A DNA stretch of 64,000 nucleotides from a virus (Duplodnaviria > Caudoviricetes). Positions 29,301-39,577 of this stretch are shown here, in pieces; position 1 is the first letter of the stretch; every line of letters starts with the position of its first letter. The stretch is from positions 1,510-65,509 of IMG/VR virus record IMGVR_UViG_3300030108_002876; one strand, 5' to 3'. The position numbers and the translations under genes were made by a program. The notes beneath the pieces were generated by a model, which worked only from the letters and a program-made list of their open reading frames with translations, was not told the DNA's origin and searched no databases.

Positions 29301-32300
29301 GGTAAGCTGTCGCAGCACCTATAACTGCATTAGTAGCTACAACCTGTGGTTTTCCATCAGAATTAAATAAAAGGTCTTTATTAGTTTCTGCTCTAAGTAC
29401 TCTATCTTCGCAGAATACAACTAACCTACTTTCTTTATTAACTAAAGCTTGTATAGATCCATGGCCTGGATTTAAATCTTTAGTTATGTCTTCACCAATT
29501 ATAAATTGATTTAAAGCGTTTTGTTTTGATACAGAATTATAAACACCAGACCAAATCATAGAGTGTTTTCTAACTTCAGCTTTGTTAGCTCCAGCGGCTA
29601 CAGCGGACGCTTTAACGCCGTTAGATATTGTTTCTGCATTAAAATCATCGCGTATTCTATCAGACTCTACTCCATTTCCAAACGCAAAACAATTAGACCA
29701 ATTTAAAGTATGTTTCTTTGTCCATAGCTCTGCACCGACAACGTCTTCACCTCTCATACCATGTACTGTAAGCTGAGTAGCACCAGCCGCTACAGTGCCG
29801 TTTACTTTTATTTCAGCGCTAGATGTATCTGGTTTATTTATAGTTAATATATCTCCGTCTGTTATTGGAGTTAACGCGCTTAATCCAGTTGTTCCAGCAG
29901 TTTGAGAAAAGTTTACAGTATTGTCGTTAGCCCAGCTACTAATAGTATATTCAACTGTTCCTATAGTAAATGTAGAACCTAAAGGTATAACTTTTTCTTT
30001 AGTATCTTTTTCTAAATATAAAGGATTTTTGTTACTAGCTTCCCAATAAATATCTAATTCAACTTGCTCTCTTGGCTCTGTCTCCCATATAGCAGGATTC
30101 TCAGCATAGACCGCACGTCCTCTTGGATCAGTATACTGCTCTACTATCTCTATAACATCTTGATTTGTTCCATCATGACGCAAGCCTGCAACTTGGGTGT
30201 CAGCGTTGGCTGAAGTACCACGCATAGGATTATATCCACTAATACCGCTACCTATAGGTGGGTTAACCATTATCGTCCAGCGCTGTCTTAAATTTGCGCC
30301 TCTATACTGATTCTTCTTGTTACCTGTAGCATAATTTCTTATACCAAAAGCGCCTGTATGTATATTTGTTCCATGCTTCCAATACGTACCTGCTCCTGTA
30401 CTGTATCCAAATTCAGGGTAATTTGCAAACGACTCAACTGTGTAAACTGTTTCGTCTGGATCATTTTGAAACCTAAACATACAACCGGGCTCTACTAGTT
30501 CTCTTATAAACCTAGCAGCAGCTTCATAGTTATCTCCATTAACATCTTCTAGTTGGTGAGGAAATGGTTTATCACCCCAATTACTACCATTATATCCTGT
30601 ACCCATACCTGTCCACGATATATCCATACACTTGCCACCGTTCCATATACCTCTACTAGGCATACCATGATTACTCTTCATGTTACCTGTAATGTTGTCG
30701 TTTCCGTTCCAAGATGGCGCACCTTCTGGTTTATCTTGAGCGTCTGGCTCAACTGCCCAGTTACCATACGCGTCTTGGTTTTGGCCAACTGCTATACCCA
30801 TAAAGTTACCTTGAAATAAATTACCTCCAAAATAACCTCCTGGTCTATTACCAGTTCTACCAGACCATGAATATGCAGTGCATGCATCTATAAAAAAGTC
30901 TTGACGACCAGCCATTGTGGTCCAAAAATCTTCAGCTCTACCAGCGCCACCAAATCCACCTGCTGATGCGTTTTTATCGTTAACAGCTCGTATAGGATCT
31001 GCGTGCGGTCTTTCATTTTTAACTTCAGTACCCTCGTTACTCTCACCTGGTACACCACCTTCTGATTGATTACCCCACCAATAACCAGTATGGTGGCTAT
31101 AAGCAGCCTGGTTTTTTGACATGCTTTCGCCTGGCTGATTGTATATCTTAAAAGTATCGCCGCCGTTTATCGAGTGCTTAAAGTGAGTTCCATCACTAAG
31201 CTGATAAACATAGTTATCACCACCTCCCCACTCTTTAGCGTCTTCGGGTATTTCACCTAAATAACCAGCCGTACTAGCTCCAGCGTTAGGATCAAATGCG
31301 TTCCAATAACCGTTGTTGTTTATATATCTAAGACCCCAGTTTGCTTTAACACGGTACTGACCATCACCAGCTCGTAAAACGTATTGATCTAAAACACTAT
31401 CTCTTAATATTTTTACAAAAAACCTACCATCATACTCAGGTCTATTAACTACTTTGTATTCATATATATCAAAGAAAAGATAATCAACTCTAGTAGCATA
31501 TGTATCAGCAGTAGAAGTTATTAATATGTCTTCATTAAACTTACCAGCAATTTTAATTTTATAATCATCACTTTCATCAGGTCCAAGCTTAGTTATTTTA
31601 GCTATCTCGTATTCCTCTGATTCATCAGGTCCAGCAAAAAACTTAATAGTCATTCTGTCAGGAGTTCTCAACCACTCATCAGTGTCTCCAAATACATCTT
31701 CAAACGCGCTTGCAGTCACTAATATATATGTTTGATCTTCCAGTGGATAACCTCTAGTAGCGTTACCTATATCATCGTCATCATTATAAAACCTACCTAG
31801 AGTATTGATGTCAGTTTTTATATAGTCTGGAGCGTCATTTTCTATAGCTATTACTTTGTACCTAGCTTTGTCATGAACGTATTCGTCACTTCCATGACCT
31901 TTTTTAAGAGTCAAGTAATCTTCTGTATCTAGTTTATTTCTATCAGCAGAAGGAAACGATATCCAAATATTACCATCTTCAGCAAAGTACCATCTATCCA
32001 TGGCTAAGTTGTAATACTCTGAAGACGTTTCTTTTACATAGTAAGAATAATACTTAGCCCAAGAAGGTACGTAAGTTCCTTCGTTAAATTTAACAGTAAG
32101 CTTGTTTTGGGTATGTGACTGATCTTTCTCTACCCTTGTAGTTGCGAAACCATCGAAGTCACTAGACGTTAGTACAGGCGTTTCTCTACCGTACTTATCA
32201 CTAAACACAACGCCTAACTGATACGTTCGTATTGATTTAACAGAGCTTAATCCAAACTCAGAGTCAGCAATAGATGTAGAGCTATATCCTACTGTAAAGC

Positions 32301-34230
32301 GAGGCTCTTGTAATACATTGTATCCTAAAGTAAAGTTTCCGTATATAAGTCTATTAGCTGAAATTTCTTGCGCTACAGCTTTAACAGGTACAGAGTCTTG
32401 AGTTCTTATTAATTGATTACTAGGTAAAAGCTGATGCAGTAAATCTGTTTTAAGAGAATATTCTCCTCTAGCATTATTATCATAGTAAAAATCATTTTCA
32501 ATAGCAGGCCAAGCTGGGTGACCGTCTTGTTTTGTAATTGTTTTTACTATATATACAGGAGGCTTTTTATCTTCTTTGTAAAGTATATCTATAGCAGTTA
32601 CATCTTCTGGAAAACAATCTTCTTCTGCGTAGTAATTTTTAAGAACGAGCCTTCTTATTTGATTAGTCATGGCTAAGTTGTAACCATCTTTATTTCTATA
32701 CCTAAACTCACCTGGTAAAAAAGCTATGCGTGACCAAGGAGCAAATGTAGAATATTCGCCATCCTCGTATTTATATCTATACGAAAATCTAGGAAACTGT
32801 AATTCAAATAAAGGATCTGGCTTTTCCAATCTAACAAACCAGCTTGTATCGTTTTGATCTATAACTGATGAAATAGAAAGTACTAATAAATCAAAACCAG
32901 TTGAAGATAAGTTGTCAGCATCAATAACATTGGATGCTACAACTTCACATCTCATTTGATAATCTAAAAAGTTTTCTTCGTCATCAGTATCTACTTGCGC
33001 TGTAAATAACAATATGTCACCAACTCTAAAATCAACAGGCTCTGTAAAACTAAACGCTGATGAAGGTATAACATCGTCTGCGCTATATACTGATAAATCT
33101 AAACCAAGCACTTCTGTGCTCGATGGGTTTGCAACAGACTCTCCAGTAGGTATTCTATCTTCAAGATCTCTAAACATATCTATGTCTAGAGCTTTTTTAG
33201 GAGCTTTTTTAATAACAGTTACGTGTTGTTCTTCTACGTATGCAACTCTTCTAGAATCTCTTCTAAGAACTATTTGTTGGCTAGTCTCGTACTGTCCAAC
33301 TTCTTCAACAAGTCGTGTGTGAAAATATCTATTGTTACCAATAAATGTTTCAGGTGTAGGATCGCCTAAAGCATAGCCATTTACACCAGCGCCTTTAAGG
33401 TACTCAGTACCGCCAGTACCCAACTTTGACCTTTCTATATGTATTCTTTTAGGTTCAGTATGCCCGTCTGTCCAGTATATATAACCTTCATGTACGTTAA
33501 TAGCGTTAATAAGAATTTCCGGATCAAACTTTAAAACGCTATCAGCTACAAAAAAAATTGTATTGTTTTGTTGAGGAGCTGTAGGTGGAGTAAAGCTAAC
33601 TCCGTTTTGTTCTAAAAATATTTTAAAACGATCGTTGCCAGTATCATACACAATATCTGAAACAAATACCTCGTTACCAGTTCCGTAGAAAGTTCCATTC
33701 ATAGTGCCAGATAATCTCATACCTATTCTAATTCCAGTGGAATTAAACGTTTCTCCATTAGCAGATATGTATATAAAATTATCTAATGTAGTGCTACTTG
33801 CAATAAGCTTGTATTGTATTTGATATATGTCTACAAAAATATGACTAACAATATTATCTTGAGTATTGTATCTTAAGATGTGATTTATACTTCTACGACC
33901 AACATCAGCATCTGCGGGATCTCCAGTTCTTTGATTTACAAACCAATATACTGATTCTGTATTTTTATCTGCTACAGTACCTACACATGTGCAATGTTCG
34001 GTTACCGGTGTTGGATTACTAACAAGCCCGTAGTTTCCGTCAATATGCGGATTAGCCATACGTCTATGGGTAGTGTTACCTAATAAAGTCTGCAGTGTTC
34101 CTACCTCTGATGTATCAGACGTGCCAACTTGAACATTTAAAGCATCGGTATATTGACCATCAGGAACAAGTCTTTCATCAAGATCTTTATTCATCTGCCC
34201 CTGGGCAAAGCTACGTTTTAATTCTGCCAT
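26335..34230 (-). CDS. large tail (stabilisation/muzzle-like) protein, 2631 aa
   Basis: N-terminal MNKDLDERLVPDGQYTDALN resembles crAss-like tail muzzle proteins; lies after the ring-protein genes. Confidence 0.7.
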   Translation of the reverse strand: MAELKRSFAQGQMNKDLDERLVPDGQYTDALNVQVGTSDTSEVGTLQTLLGNTTHRRMANPHIDGNYGLVSNPTPVTEHCTCVGTVADKNTESVYWFVNQRTGDPADADVGRRSINHILRYNTQDNIVSHIFVDIYQIQYKLIASSTTLDNFIYISANGETFNSTGIRIGMRLSGTMNGTFYGTGNEVFVSDIVYDTGNDRFKIFLEQNGVSFTPPTAPQQNNTIFFVADSVLKFDPEILINAINVHEGYIYWTDGHTEPKRIHIERSKLGTGGTEYLKGAGVNGYALGDPTPETFIGNNRYFHTRLVEEVGQYETSQQIVLRRDSRRVAYVEEQHVTVIKKAPKKALDIDMFRDLEDRIPTGESVANPSSTEVLGLDLSVYSADDVIPSSAFSFTEPVDFRVGDILLFTAQVDTDDEENFLDYQMRCEVVASNVIDADNLSSTGFDLLVLSISSVIDQNDTSWFVRLEKPDPLFELQFPRFSYRYKYEDGEYSTFAPWSRIAFLPGEFRYRNKDGYNLAMTNQIRRLVLKNYYAEEDCFPEDVTAIDILYKEDKKPPVYIVKTITKQDGHPAWPAIENDFYYDNNARGEYSLKTDLLHQLLPSNQLIRTQDSVPVKAVAQEISANRLIYGNFTLGYNVLQEPRFTVGYSSTSIADSEFGLSSVKSIRTYQLGVVFSDKYGRETPVLTSSDFDGFATTRVEKDQSHTQNKLTVKFNEGTYVPSWAKYYSYYVKETSSEYYNLAMDRWYFAEDGNIWISFPSADRNKLDTEDYLTLKKGHGSDEYVHDKARYKVIAIENDAPDYIKTDINTLGRFYNDDDDIGNATRGYPLEDQTYILVTASAFEDVFGDTDEWLRTPDRMTIKFFAGPDESEEYEIAKITKLGPDESDDYKIKIAGKFNEDILITSTADTYATRVDYLFFDIYEYKVVNRPEYDGRFFVKILRDSVLDQYVLRAGDGQYRVKANWGLRYINNNGYWNAFDPNAGASTAGYLGEIPEDAKEWGGGDNYVYQLSDGTHFKHSINGGDTFKIYNQPGESMSKNQAAYSHHTGYWWGNQSEGGVPGESNEGTEVKNERPHADPIRAVNDKNASAGGFGGAGRAEDFWTTMAGRQDFFIDACTAYSWSGRTGNRPGGYFGGNLFQGNFMGIAVGQNQDAYGNWAVEPDAQDKPEGAPSWNGNDNITGNMKSNHGMPSRGIWNGGKCMDISWTGMGTGYNGSNWGDKPFPHQLEDVNGDNYEAAARFIRELVEPGCMFRFQNDPDETVYTVESFANYPEFGYSTGAGTYWKHGTNIHTGAFGIRNYATGNKKNQYRGANLRQRWTIMVNPPIGSGISGYNPMRGTSANADTQVAGLRHDGTNQDVIEIVEQYTDPRGRAVYAENPAIWETEPREQVELDIYWEASNKNPLYLEKDTKEKVIPLGSTFTIGTVEYTISSWANDNTVNFSQTAGTTGLSALTPITDGDILTINKPDTSSAEIKVNGTVAAGATQLTVHGMRGEDVVGAELWTKKHTLNWSNCFAFGNGVESDRIRDDFNAETISNGVKASAVAAGANKAEVRKHSMIWSGVYNSVSKQNALNQFIIGEDITKDLNPGHGSIQALVNKESRLVVFCEDRVLRAETNKDLLFNSDGKPQVVATNAVIGAATAYQGDYGVATNPESIAVTPYRIYFTDTARGHVLQLTTEGITSISNVGMIDYFRDSFREGVFRCIGMYDESKREYNLGINKYHFNYGASAFVRPYEQTTLAFAESTGGWTSFRSYIPEKGISLNNKFFTFNLGHLYEHHVELDDSEAVVPRNNFYGVQYTSTVNIPFNAFPQSVKTFNSISYEGTNARITNFDTESSSSWLTGNYSSNSGLETNSSITDGEYYNLGGPGADSAGTAGWYTEIITTDLQTSGEIEFINREGKYYGAICGETTTLSNLDEHEFSVQGLGTASFAHDTSGLGETMTVTVANNTSNSYVGADGTGSAWDSTDDVGFTVSSNTFEIVTGTAESAQTVDLVISANNAEGYFIQASDFTIGSGSLTATNEYTGGNVDTPVAKVVFSDLGTVGEYDNTVRARVHLNSYTPTNNNTIYVDIDGTVSQSVDRDVCLKVNIVEQTGVTLGTPYADLANITESDVSPASDPNLFTGQHTGTVQSNTSTVIAKYTINASTGYYLQNISVSFNELAHYQLGILGYEGYYSSSITETTSNSQTTGIVVEISYTPPEDPLLADPPAEIGFCQQKHLAFINYDVISVEPTDGFTHRITDVIVDQKLPYTGGFYPITVKGKADTKYKISLLKKTSETDATTVSRYDFVNHNFITDVNDNTNFEATIPSGKKKIHRVLLPQVTDNTRYDVIIYPVTISGGVATLDSRVPTKDGDKSIIQHGIKTITLQPVTDTAGNFGTLPTQTIKRPTRYEDDDYVTAPYYSTSIQTSAASTTNRILLKNHKNLNRVVSGMKVVGTGVGAGVTVTSVRENAVILSAAVSVASGADIKFIEDNTSCVGFSLTILPNSNTLNVTGSVDVTEKISGFTTSVRQQVNGAVSNAKVIDLNSTRGIAVGMDVTHDTSIGNVAVKVASITSATRIVVDTDVTLSDDDFLTFSHPLSNTVTNTDVSIISAEATKVGDNIVITGNLRVGDIDNTLSHEVYIDDIITVS

Positions 34231-34233
34231 ACG

Positions 34234-35163
34234 TTAGTGCTTGATTATTTTAGAGCTACCTCTAAGTACTTGAGTTAATTCTTCTAGCTTAATATTTGAA
34301 AGCCTAAGCTTAGCTTTTCTAGTTTCTGCAAACTTCTCTTTTTTAACCAACATAAGAGTAGCAGGCTCTGTATCTCTTCTAGCTGATAATATACCATACA
34401 GTATATGTTTATATATTGCCTCCTCGGCCATTTTAGGGACCATAGACGCAGTTAAATCTATTGAGCCATTGTCAGGTCCATATCCGCTAGTTACAAGTCC
34501 GTCACTGATGTATTTTAAAACAAGAGTTTTACCAGCTAAGTTTGAGCTAAAGTGAAACTTACCTGCGCTTTCGTCTATAAAAAATGTTCCGTTACCTTGA
34601 GCATATTGAGGGTCAATGCCATATCTCTGTCCTTTTAAGTGGCCATACAAGTCATCTATTTCGTCTGAGTCTGTAGAACCAATGTCGGTTGCTGCTTGGT
34701 TTTTAAACTTATCAACAGTATAAGATGTTTCATCAGTAGTTAAATCTTGATCAGTGCTAAAAGCAGATGTATCAAAAGCACCTTCACTTGTTACAGTGTG
34801 ATTAACATCTAAAGGATTTGATGTTTTGCTAGTTGGGTATATTATTCTTTGTATACCATTACCATCTGTCCAAGATAACTTAACGTAGTTTATATAATCT
34901 ATCGGTGTAACTAACACTAAAGCATCAGGTACTTCGACTTCCCAGTCTTTAGTACATTTTAATGTGTCATAACTTAACTCTTGTAAAGCTCTTGTTGCGT
35001 GGAAATTAATATCCATGTGCAACACGTTTTGACAAAGTTTATTAGGACCTACGTACGTAGCAGCGAACGAATCAATAATCTCTGCTAAACTAATGTATCT
35101 ATAGTTGCCGTGATCACCGCTATTAGCGTAGTATTGATCAGCTCTTGTAGTTAATATTGCCAT
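34234..35163 (-). CDS. tail ring/gatekeeper-like structural protein
   Basis: Synteny; PxDYINYVKL segment. Confidence 0.6.
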   Translation of the reverse strand: MAILTTRADQYYANSGDHGNYRYISLAEIIDSFAATYVGPNKLCQNVLHMDINFHATRALQELSYDTLKCTKDWEVEVPDALVLVTPIDYINYVKLSWTDGNGIQRIIYPTSKTSNPLDVNHTVTSEGAFDTSAFSTDQDLTTDETSYTVDKFKNQAATDIGSTDSDEIDDLYGHLKGQRYGIDPQYAQGNGTFFIDESAGKFHFSSNLAGKTLVLKYISDGLVTSGYGPDNGSIDLTASMVPKMAEEAIYKHILYGILSARRDTEPATLMLVKKEKFAETRKAKLRLSNIKLEELTQVLRGSSKIIKH

Positions 35164-35166
35164 GTG

Positions 35167-35904
35167 TTATGATGATTGTAATAATGTTTCAGCAGAATTC
35201 TTCGACAATGCGTACTGAGATAGTTGAGGCTTGTTGATAACTATTCCAGCTAAATCTAATATTGTATATACTAAAGTATCTTCTTCACTAACATGTAGCT
35301 CGAAGTTTACTGCTAAGTTTGAGTTGTATAGAGCTTTACTGTTAACAACTACATAAGCCCAGTTAACAGGTATAGGCCTTCTAAAACACTCAACAGTTAC
35401 TCCAGAAGTTTCTTCTTGTGCACTTCCTGCGTAAACAACTATGTCTCTACCAGTAACTCTATTGTGTGCGTATACTGGCGCTTGACCTGAAGTAGAATTA
35501 ATATGTCGTACAGAACGCTTCATACGCTCTGCTTCATTTATGCTTATATGCTGACACACTTGGTCGTTAAAAAACACGTGGCCAGTTTGAAACACTTCGT
35601 AGTTAGTGCCACTAACATCTATACTTGTTGGAAACGTATGTCCACTTGTTACAACTTCGCTAGAAGCAAATGGCCCTAGCTTTTTATGTATAAGCTCTAG
35701 CACGTCTGACTCGTCTACTTCTAAACCACCTTCGCTAGTGTCTATACGCTCACGTAAATTCATAGCATAAAAATACGATTCAAATATGCTCATTTGAGCT
35801 TGATTGGCGAGCAAGTTAAACTCCTGCGGAGTAATATAACCTCGCTGCTCTTTGTTTGCAAGAGCTAATACTCTTTGATATACTGTGTCTACACTTACTG
35901 CCAT
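35167..35904 (-). CDS. tail ring/adaptor-like structural protein
   Basis: NKEQRGYITPQEFNLLANQAQ N-terminus; synteny. Confidence 0.6.
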   Translation of the reverse strand: MAVSVDTVYQRVLALANKEQRGYITPQEFNLLANQAQMSIFESYFYAMNLRERIDTSEGGLEVDESDVLELIHKKLGPFASSEVVTSGHTFPTSIDVSGTNYEVFQTGHVFFNDQVCQHISINEAERMKRSVRHINSTSGQAPVYAHNRVTGRDIVVYAGSAQEETSGVTVECFRRPIPVNWAYVVVNSKALYNSNLAVNFELHVSEEDTLVYTILDLAGIVINKPQLSQYALSKNSAETLLQSS

Positions 35905-35922
35905 AATTCGTTTTTAAGTTTA

Positions 35923-35946
35923 GTGACCGCCCCGAAGGGCAGTCAC
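35923..35946 (-). terminator. UUCG-capped hairpin (terminator or processing stem)
   Basis: Minus strand GTGACTGCCC-TTCG-GGGCGGTCAC; weak U tail. Confidence 0.55.
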
Positions 35947-35954
35947 ATAACTAG

Positions 35955-36800
35955 TTAGTTTAATCTTTTTTCTATATTTGTATAAACTTCCATGCCTTCG
36001 TCAGTCTTAAACCACTGAGCTAACGCTGAGTATGGATGCTCGTCAAAAGGTACTGTCATAATCTTTCTATTGTTCGTACCCCACATAAAGTGTCGTTGAT
36101 CATTAGATAGTTTAATAATACCTGCTTCTGTAGCTTTGATACCAAAGTTTCTAAGAACTACATTATCGTCAGTTGCTAGCTCTAAGAACAAGAAAGGGTT
36201 TCTCTTAGCGTATAGTAACAAATCTCGTCTAAGCTCTTTAGAACTCATCTCAGATACTTTAGAACCAATTTCAACTCTCATAATAGCCTCAGCTAAATCA
36301 ATATCAATTGTTTTAGCAGTCATCAACGCTTCTACTTCAGCTTCTAATATGTCAAGCTCGTTTTCAGCGATCTCTACTGGCTTGTGTTCATAAAACAACT
36401 GACCATTGTGAGGGTGATATAAAGACAATAGTTTCTGTAAAGTTACTTCTTCTTTAGGAACAAAAAGACTACCGTCTCTAAATATAATGTGCTCTAATCT
36501 TTGATCACCTTTCATCTCATCAACAAACGGTGTTTTTTGATTTTTGCAATATTTAAGCTCTCTTTCGTATCCTAGTTCTTTGTCAAACCAGTATATACCA
36601 GAAGCTCTAATAGAGTATGATATGGGTTTTCTTTTGCTTTTTAGATAATATAATCTATCTTTAAATTCCCAACCTTTATCCTTTGGTTTTTCTACAACTG
36701 CAATAGGCTCTAGCTCTGGTTCAACAACCGGAGTTTCATCTATTACAGATTCAACTTGAGGTTCTTCTACAACCTCTACTTCTTTTTTCTTTTTAGCCAT
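35955..36800 (-). CDS. head-associated hypothetical protein
   Basis: 281-aa ORF directly after the major capsid gene. Confidence 0.6.
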   Translation of the reverse strand: MAKKKKEVEVVEEPQVESVIDETPVVEPELEPIAVVEKPKDKGWEFKDRLYYLKSKRKPISYSIRASGIYWFDKELGYERELKYCKNQKTPFVDEMKGDQRLEHIIFRDGSLFVPKEEVTLQKLLSLYHPHNGQLFYEHKPVEIAENELDILEAEVEALMTAKTIDIDLAEAIMRVEIGSKVSEMSSKELRRDLLLYAKRNPFLFLELATDDNVVLRNFGIKATEAGIIKLSNDQRHFMWGTNNRKIMTVPFDEHPYSALAQWFKTDEGMEVYTNIEKRLN

Positions 36801-36823
36801 AATATAATATAATTAAATAATAT

Positions 36824-36854
36824 AAAACTACCCCACCCGAAGGTGAGGTAGTTT
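36824..36854 (-). terminator. rho-independent terminator after the major capsid gene
   Basis: Minus strand AAACTACCTCACC-TTCG-GGTGGGGTAGTTTT. Confidence 0.75.
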
Positions 36855-36867
36855 CGTTAAATATAGT

Positions 36868-38370
36868 TTACTTCAATAACATGAAGTTGTTTGCACCTTG
36901 TACAACCAAGCAACGCTCAGTAAGCATATGCAGTTGCATAGCATCTAGAGCTGCTGTAGCTGCTCCAACAGAACCAGTAACCCAAGTCTTCATACGACGA
37001 TCGTCAGTCTGCGAAGCGCGGAAACGAACGTGTAGGAAAGGACGCTTAAGGTTTCTACCTAATGCTTGATCGTATACAGTAGAAACACCAGCTGGGATAA
37101 TAACTCCACGGATAGCATTAGCTGCGTTAGCTGAATTGATTGATCCACGAGTAGCTTTATCGTTTAAGTAACGGAAGTCAGACTTGTAGAAGTCGTAAGA
37201 TCCGCGACGGAAACCTGAGAAGCCAAGGTTTAGAGCCATGTCTTCATCATTTTCAAACACTCCGTAAGAAGTACCACCAGCACCGTATGAGTTCATTCCT
37301 GCAAGCATATCGTCGATAGCTAGAGATGTAGCACGGTTAACAAAAAGCATGTTCTCTTCAATTGCACCTTGAGCATCAAACTCTGCTAAGATAGCATCGA
37401 ACTCTGCTAAATCACCAGCGCCACTCAAACCAGTAACACCAGTTGTTACGTTTCCACGAGACTCAATAGCAGCGAATAAACCTTCTGTACCAACAGAACC
37501 AGCGCCAGCTGCAGAACCGTCAATTAGATTACTACCATCAATAGTAGAATCTGCTAAGTTCTTTTCAGCTTCAAGCATAGCCATTTCAATGTAGTCAGTG
37601 AAACGAGCACGAGTGTCTGCTTCAGCTTTTAAGTACCATAGGTATCCTGACTGTCCGTCTTCAGCGGCTACTTCAACCCAACCAATACGAGATGCATCAG
37701 AACCTGATACTTCGTAGTAGTCCTTCATGATAATAGGTTTGTTTGTAAATGACTTGAATCTTGGCTCAATAGCACCTCTTGAATCAGTAGCAGTACCGTC
37801 ACCAGCTGTTAAGTAGCTCATGCCTTTACCGTACTCAGAACCGTAAACTAATACTGTAGTAGTTAAGCTACCACCAGTAGTTGATAGTCCAGCAGTGTTT
37901 AATGAAGCGTGAGAGTAAGGCTGAACATCAATGATGTCAGTAGCTACAGCTTCAACGATACATCTTACAACGCCTTCAGAGTTTGCGATCAATACTGTAT
38001 CGTTAACTCTAATTGGAAGGCTACCAGATACTACCGCTTGCCCATCAATATCTTTTTCAAGTTGAATTTGTCCACCAGAAGCTGTACCTCCAGCGTTAGA
38101 CTCAACGTGACCTTTGAATGAAAGGTGTAGTCTGCCTTGCTCAGACCAAACAACTTGATCAGATGTCATTGACTCTTCTGCTCCTACTTGTGCTAGGAAA
38201 CCAGAAATTGTACGAGGTCCAAAAACCTCAGCTTCCTTCTCCATAAGATCCGGAAGATACTGTTGTGCCCAGTCATTAGAACCAGACGTAAAATCTAAAT
38301 AGTTTGTATTAAGCGTTTGCTTTTTTGGAGCTGGCACGCTATTTAACAAACTTCCTCCTGTAATTGCCAT
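36868..38370 (-). CDS. major capsid protein
   Basis: 500 aa; follows portal and scaffold; followed by a strong terminator. Confidence 0.8.
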   Translation of the reverse strand: MAITGGSLLNSVPAPKKQTLNTNYLDFTSGSNDWAQQYLPDLMEKEAEVFGPRTISGFLAQVGAEESMTSDQVVWSEQGRLHLSFKGHVESNAGGTASGGQIQLEKDIDGQAVVSGSLPIRVNDTVLIANSEGVVRCIVEAVATDIIDVQPYSHASLNTAGLSTTGGSLTTTVLVYGSEYGKGMSYLTAGDGTATDSRGAIEPRFKSFTNKPIIMKDYYEVSGSDASRIGWVEVAAEDGQSGYLWYLKAEADTRARFTDYIEMAMLEAEKNLADSTIDGSNLIDGSAAGAGSVGTEGLFAAIESRGNVTTGVTGLSGAGDLAEFDAILAEFDAQGAIEENMLFVNRATSLAIDDMLAGMNSYGAGGTSYGVFENDEDMALNLGFSGFRRGSYDFYKSDFRYLNDKATRGSINSANAANAIRGVIIPAGVSTVYDQALGRNLKRPFLHVRFRASQTDDRRMKTWVTGSVGAATAALDAMQLHMLTERCLVVQGANNFMLLK

Positions 38371-38381
38371 AATTGTTTAAT

Positions 38382-39560
38382 TTACTTTTTATTCTTAATT
38401 TTAAAACCATAAGAGCTTGAATCGTCACCTAGCACACGAACTTTAATACCACCAGCTTCAACCGAATTATGCGACTTACGCGGATCCATATTAATGTTTT
38501 TAGACTTAGCTACATTTTCTTTTATAGCATCTGCCTTACCTTGTTCGTAAAAATGCTGTGCAACTGCGTCAGCGTTCATAGCAGTGAATAAACTTCTGTG
38601 ATAACCTTTAGCATCTGACATTGTTTCATTTTCGTCTAAAAACTTTTTAAACATATTATTGATGTCAGATTGAGTTTCTTTAACTTGATCTACGTCGTTT
38701 ACATTAAAACGATACACCTTGTCTCCAACGTTATATTCAAAACCTTTGAACTTGTCGTTAAACAATTGATCTGTTTTTTTATTAAACGTATCTCTTTGTC
38801 TGGTTATTACTTGCTGATTTTGCTCAGACTCTTTATTGTATCTATTAAAGAAATCAACAGCCTTCTGCTGCTCTTTAGTTAAATTGCTTCCAGCTTTAAT
38901 TTCTTCATAGTATTTAGACTTTTGCCCGTCTAAGTAGGCTTTGGCCTCGGCAACTTGCTCTTTAAGGGCCAATTTTTTTCTTTTAATATCTTTAGCTTCA
39001 TCTAGCTCTTCGTCGTAAGAAAACTTATCTTCTAAAAGAAAGTTTATTTCTTCAGCGTCTAAATGAGGTTTAGTTCTTGAGTAATACTCTCGTAGCGCGT
39101 CTTGATCGTCAATATCTTTAACGTCTCTGTTAAGCCTTACATAGTCTTCTAAGCTACCACCAGTGTCAGCCATAAAGTCAACGAGTTTTTGTACACCTTC
39201 AGGTAAAGGCTGCCCAGTAGCTTCGGCTTGATCAAAAGCTTCTGATACTTCTTCTTTAAACTCTTTTACTTCTTCTAGTACTTGTACTTCTTCTTGTGTT
39301 TCTCTTTCCGGTTGTACTTGGTCTTCACTTTGTGCGGGCTCGGCGTCTTCATTGACTCCAGCCACTCCTGTGTCGTCAGTGTTGTTTTCTTCAACTTCAT
39401 TTGTTGGTGGTGGTTTGCTTAAATCTACTTTGATAATGTCTGGATTATCTTTACTATCAAATTTTTCTAAATCAAGCTCAGGAGTTACTTCCTCTACTTG
39501 CGGTGTTTCTTGTTCGACCTCTTGAATTACTTCTTCAAGATCTGTTTGTTTATTTTCCAT
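38382..39560 (-). CDS. putative scaffolding protein
   Basis: Acidic disordered N-terminus plus coiled coil; lies between portal and capsid genes. Confidence 0.65.
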   Translation of the reverse strand: MENKQTDLEEVIQEVEQETPQVEEVTPELDLEKFDSKDNPDIIKVDLSKPPPTNEVEENNTDDTGVAGVNEDAEPAQSEDQVQPERETQEEVQVLEEVKEFKEEVSEAFDQAEATGQPLPEGVQKLVDFMADTGGSLEDYVRLNRDVKDIDDQDALREYYSRTKPHLDAEEINFLLEDKFSYDEELDEAKDIKRKKLALKEQVAEAKAYLDGQKSKYYEEIKAGSNLTKEQQKAVDFFNRYNKESEQNQQVITRQRDTFNKKTDQLFNDKFKGFEYNVGDKVYRFNVNDVDQVKETQSDINNMFKKFLDENETMSDAKGYHRSLFTAMNADAVAQHFYEQGKADAIKENVAKSKNINMDPRKSHNSVEAGGIKVRVLGDDSSSYGFKIKNKK

Positions 39561-39577
39561 GATAAAATATTATATAA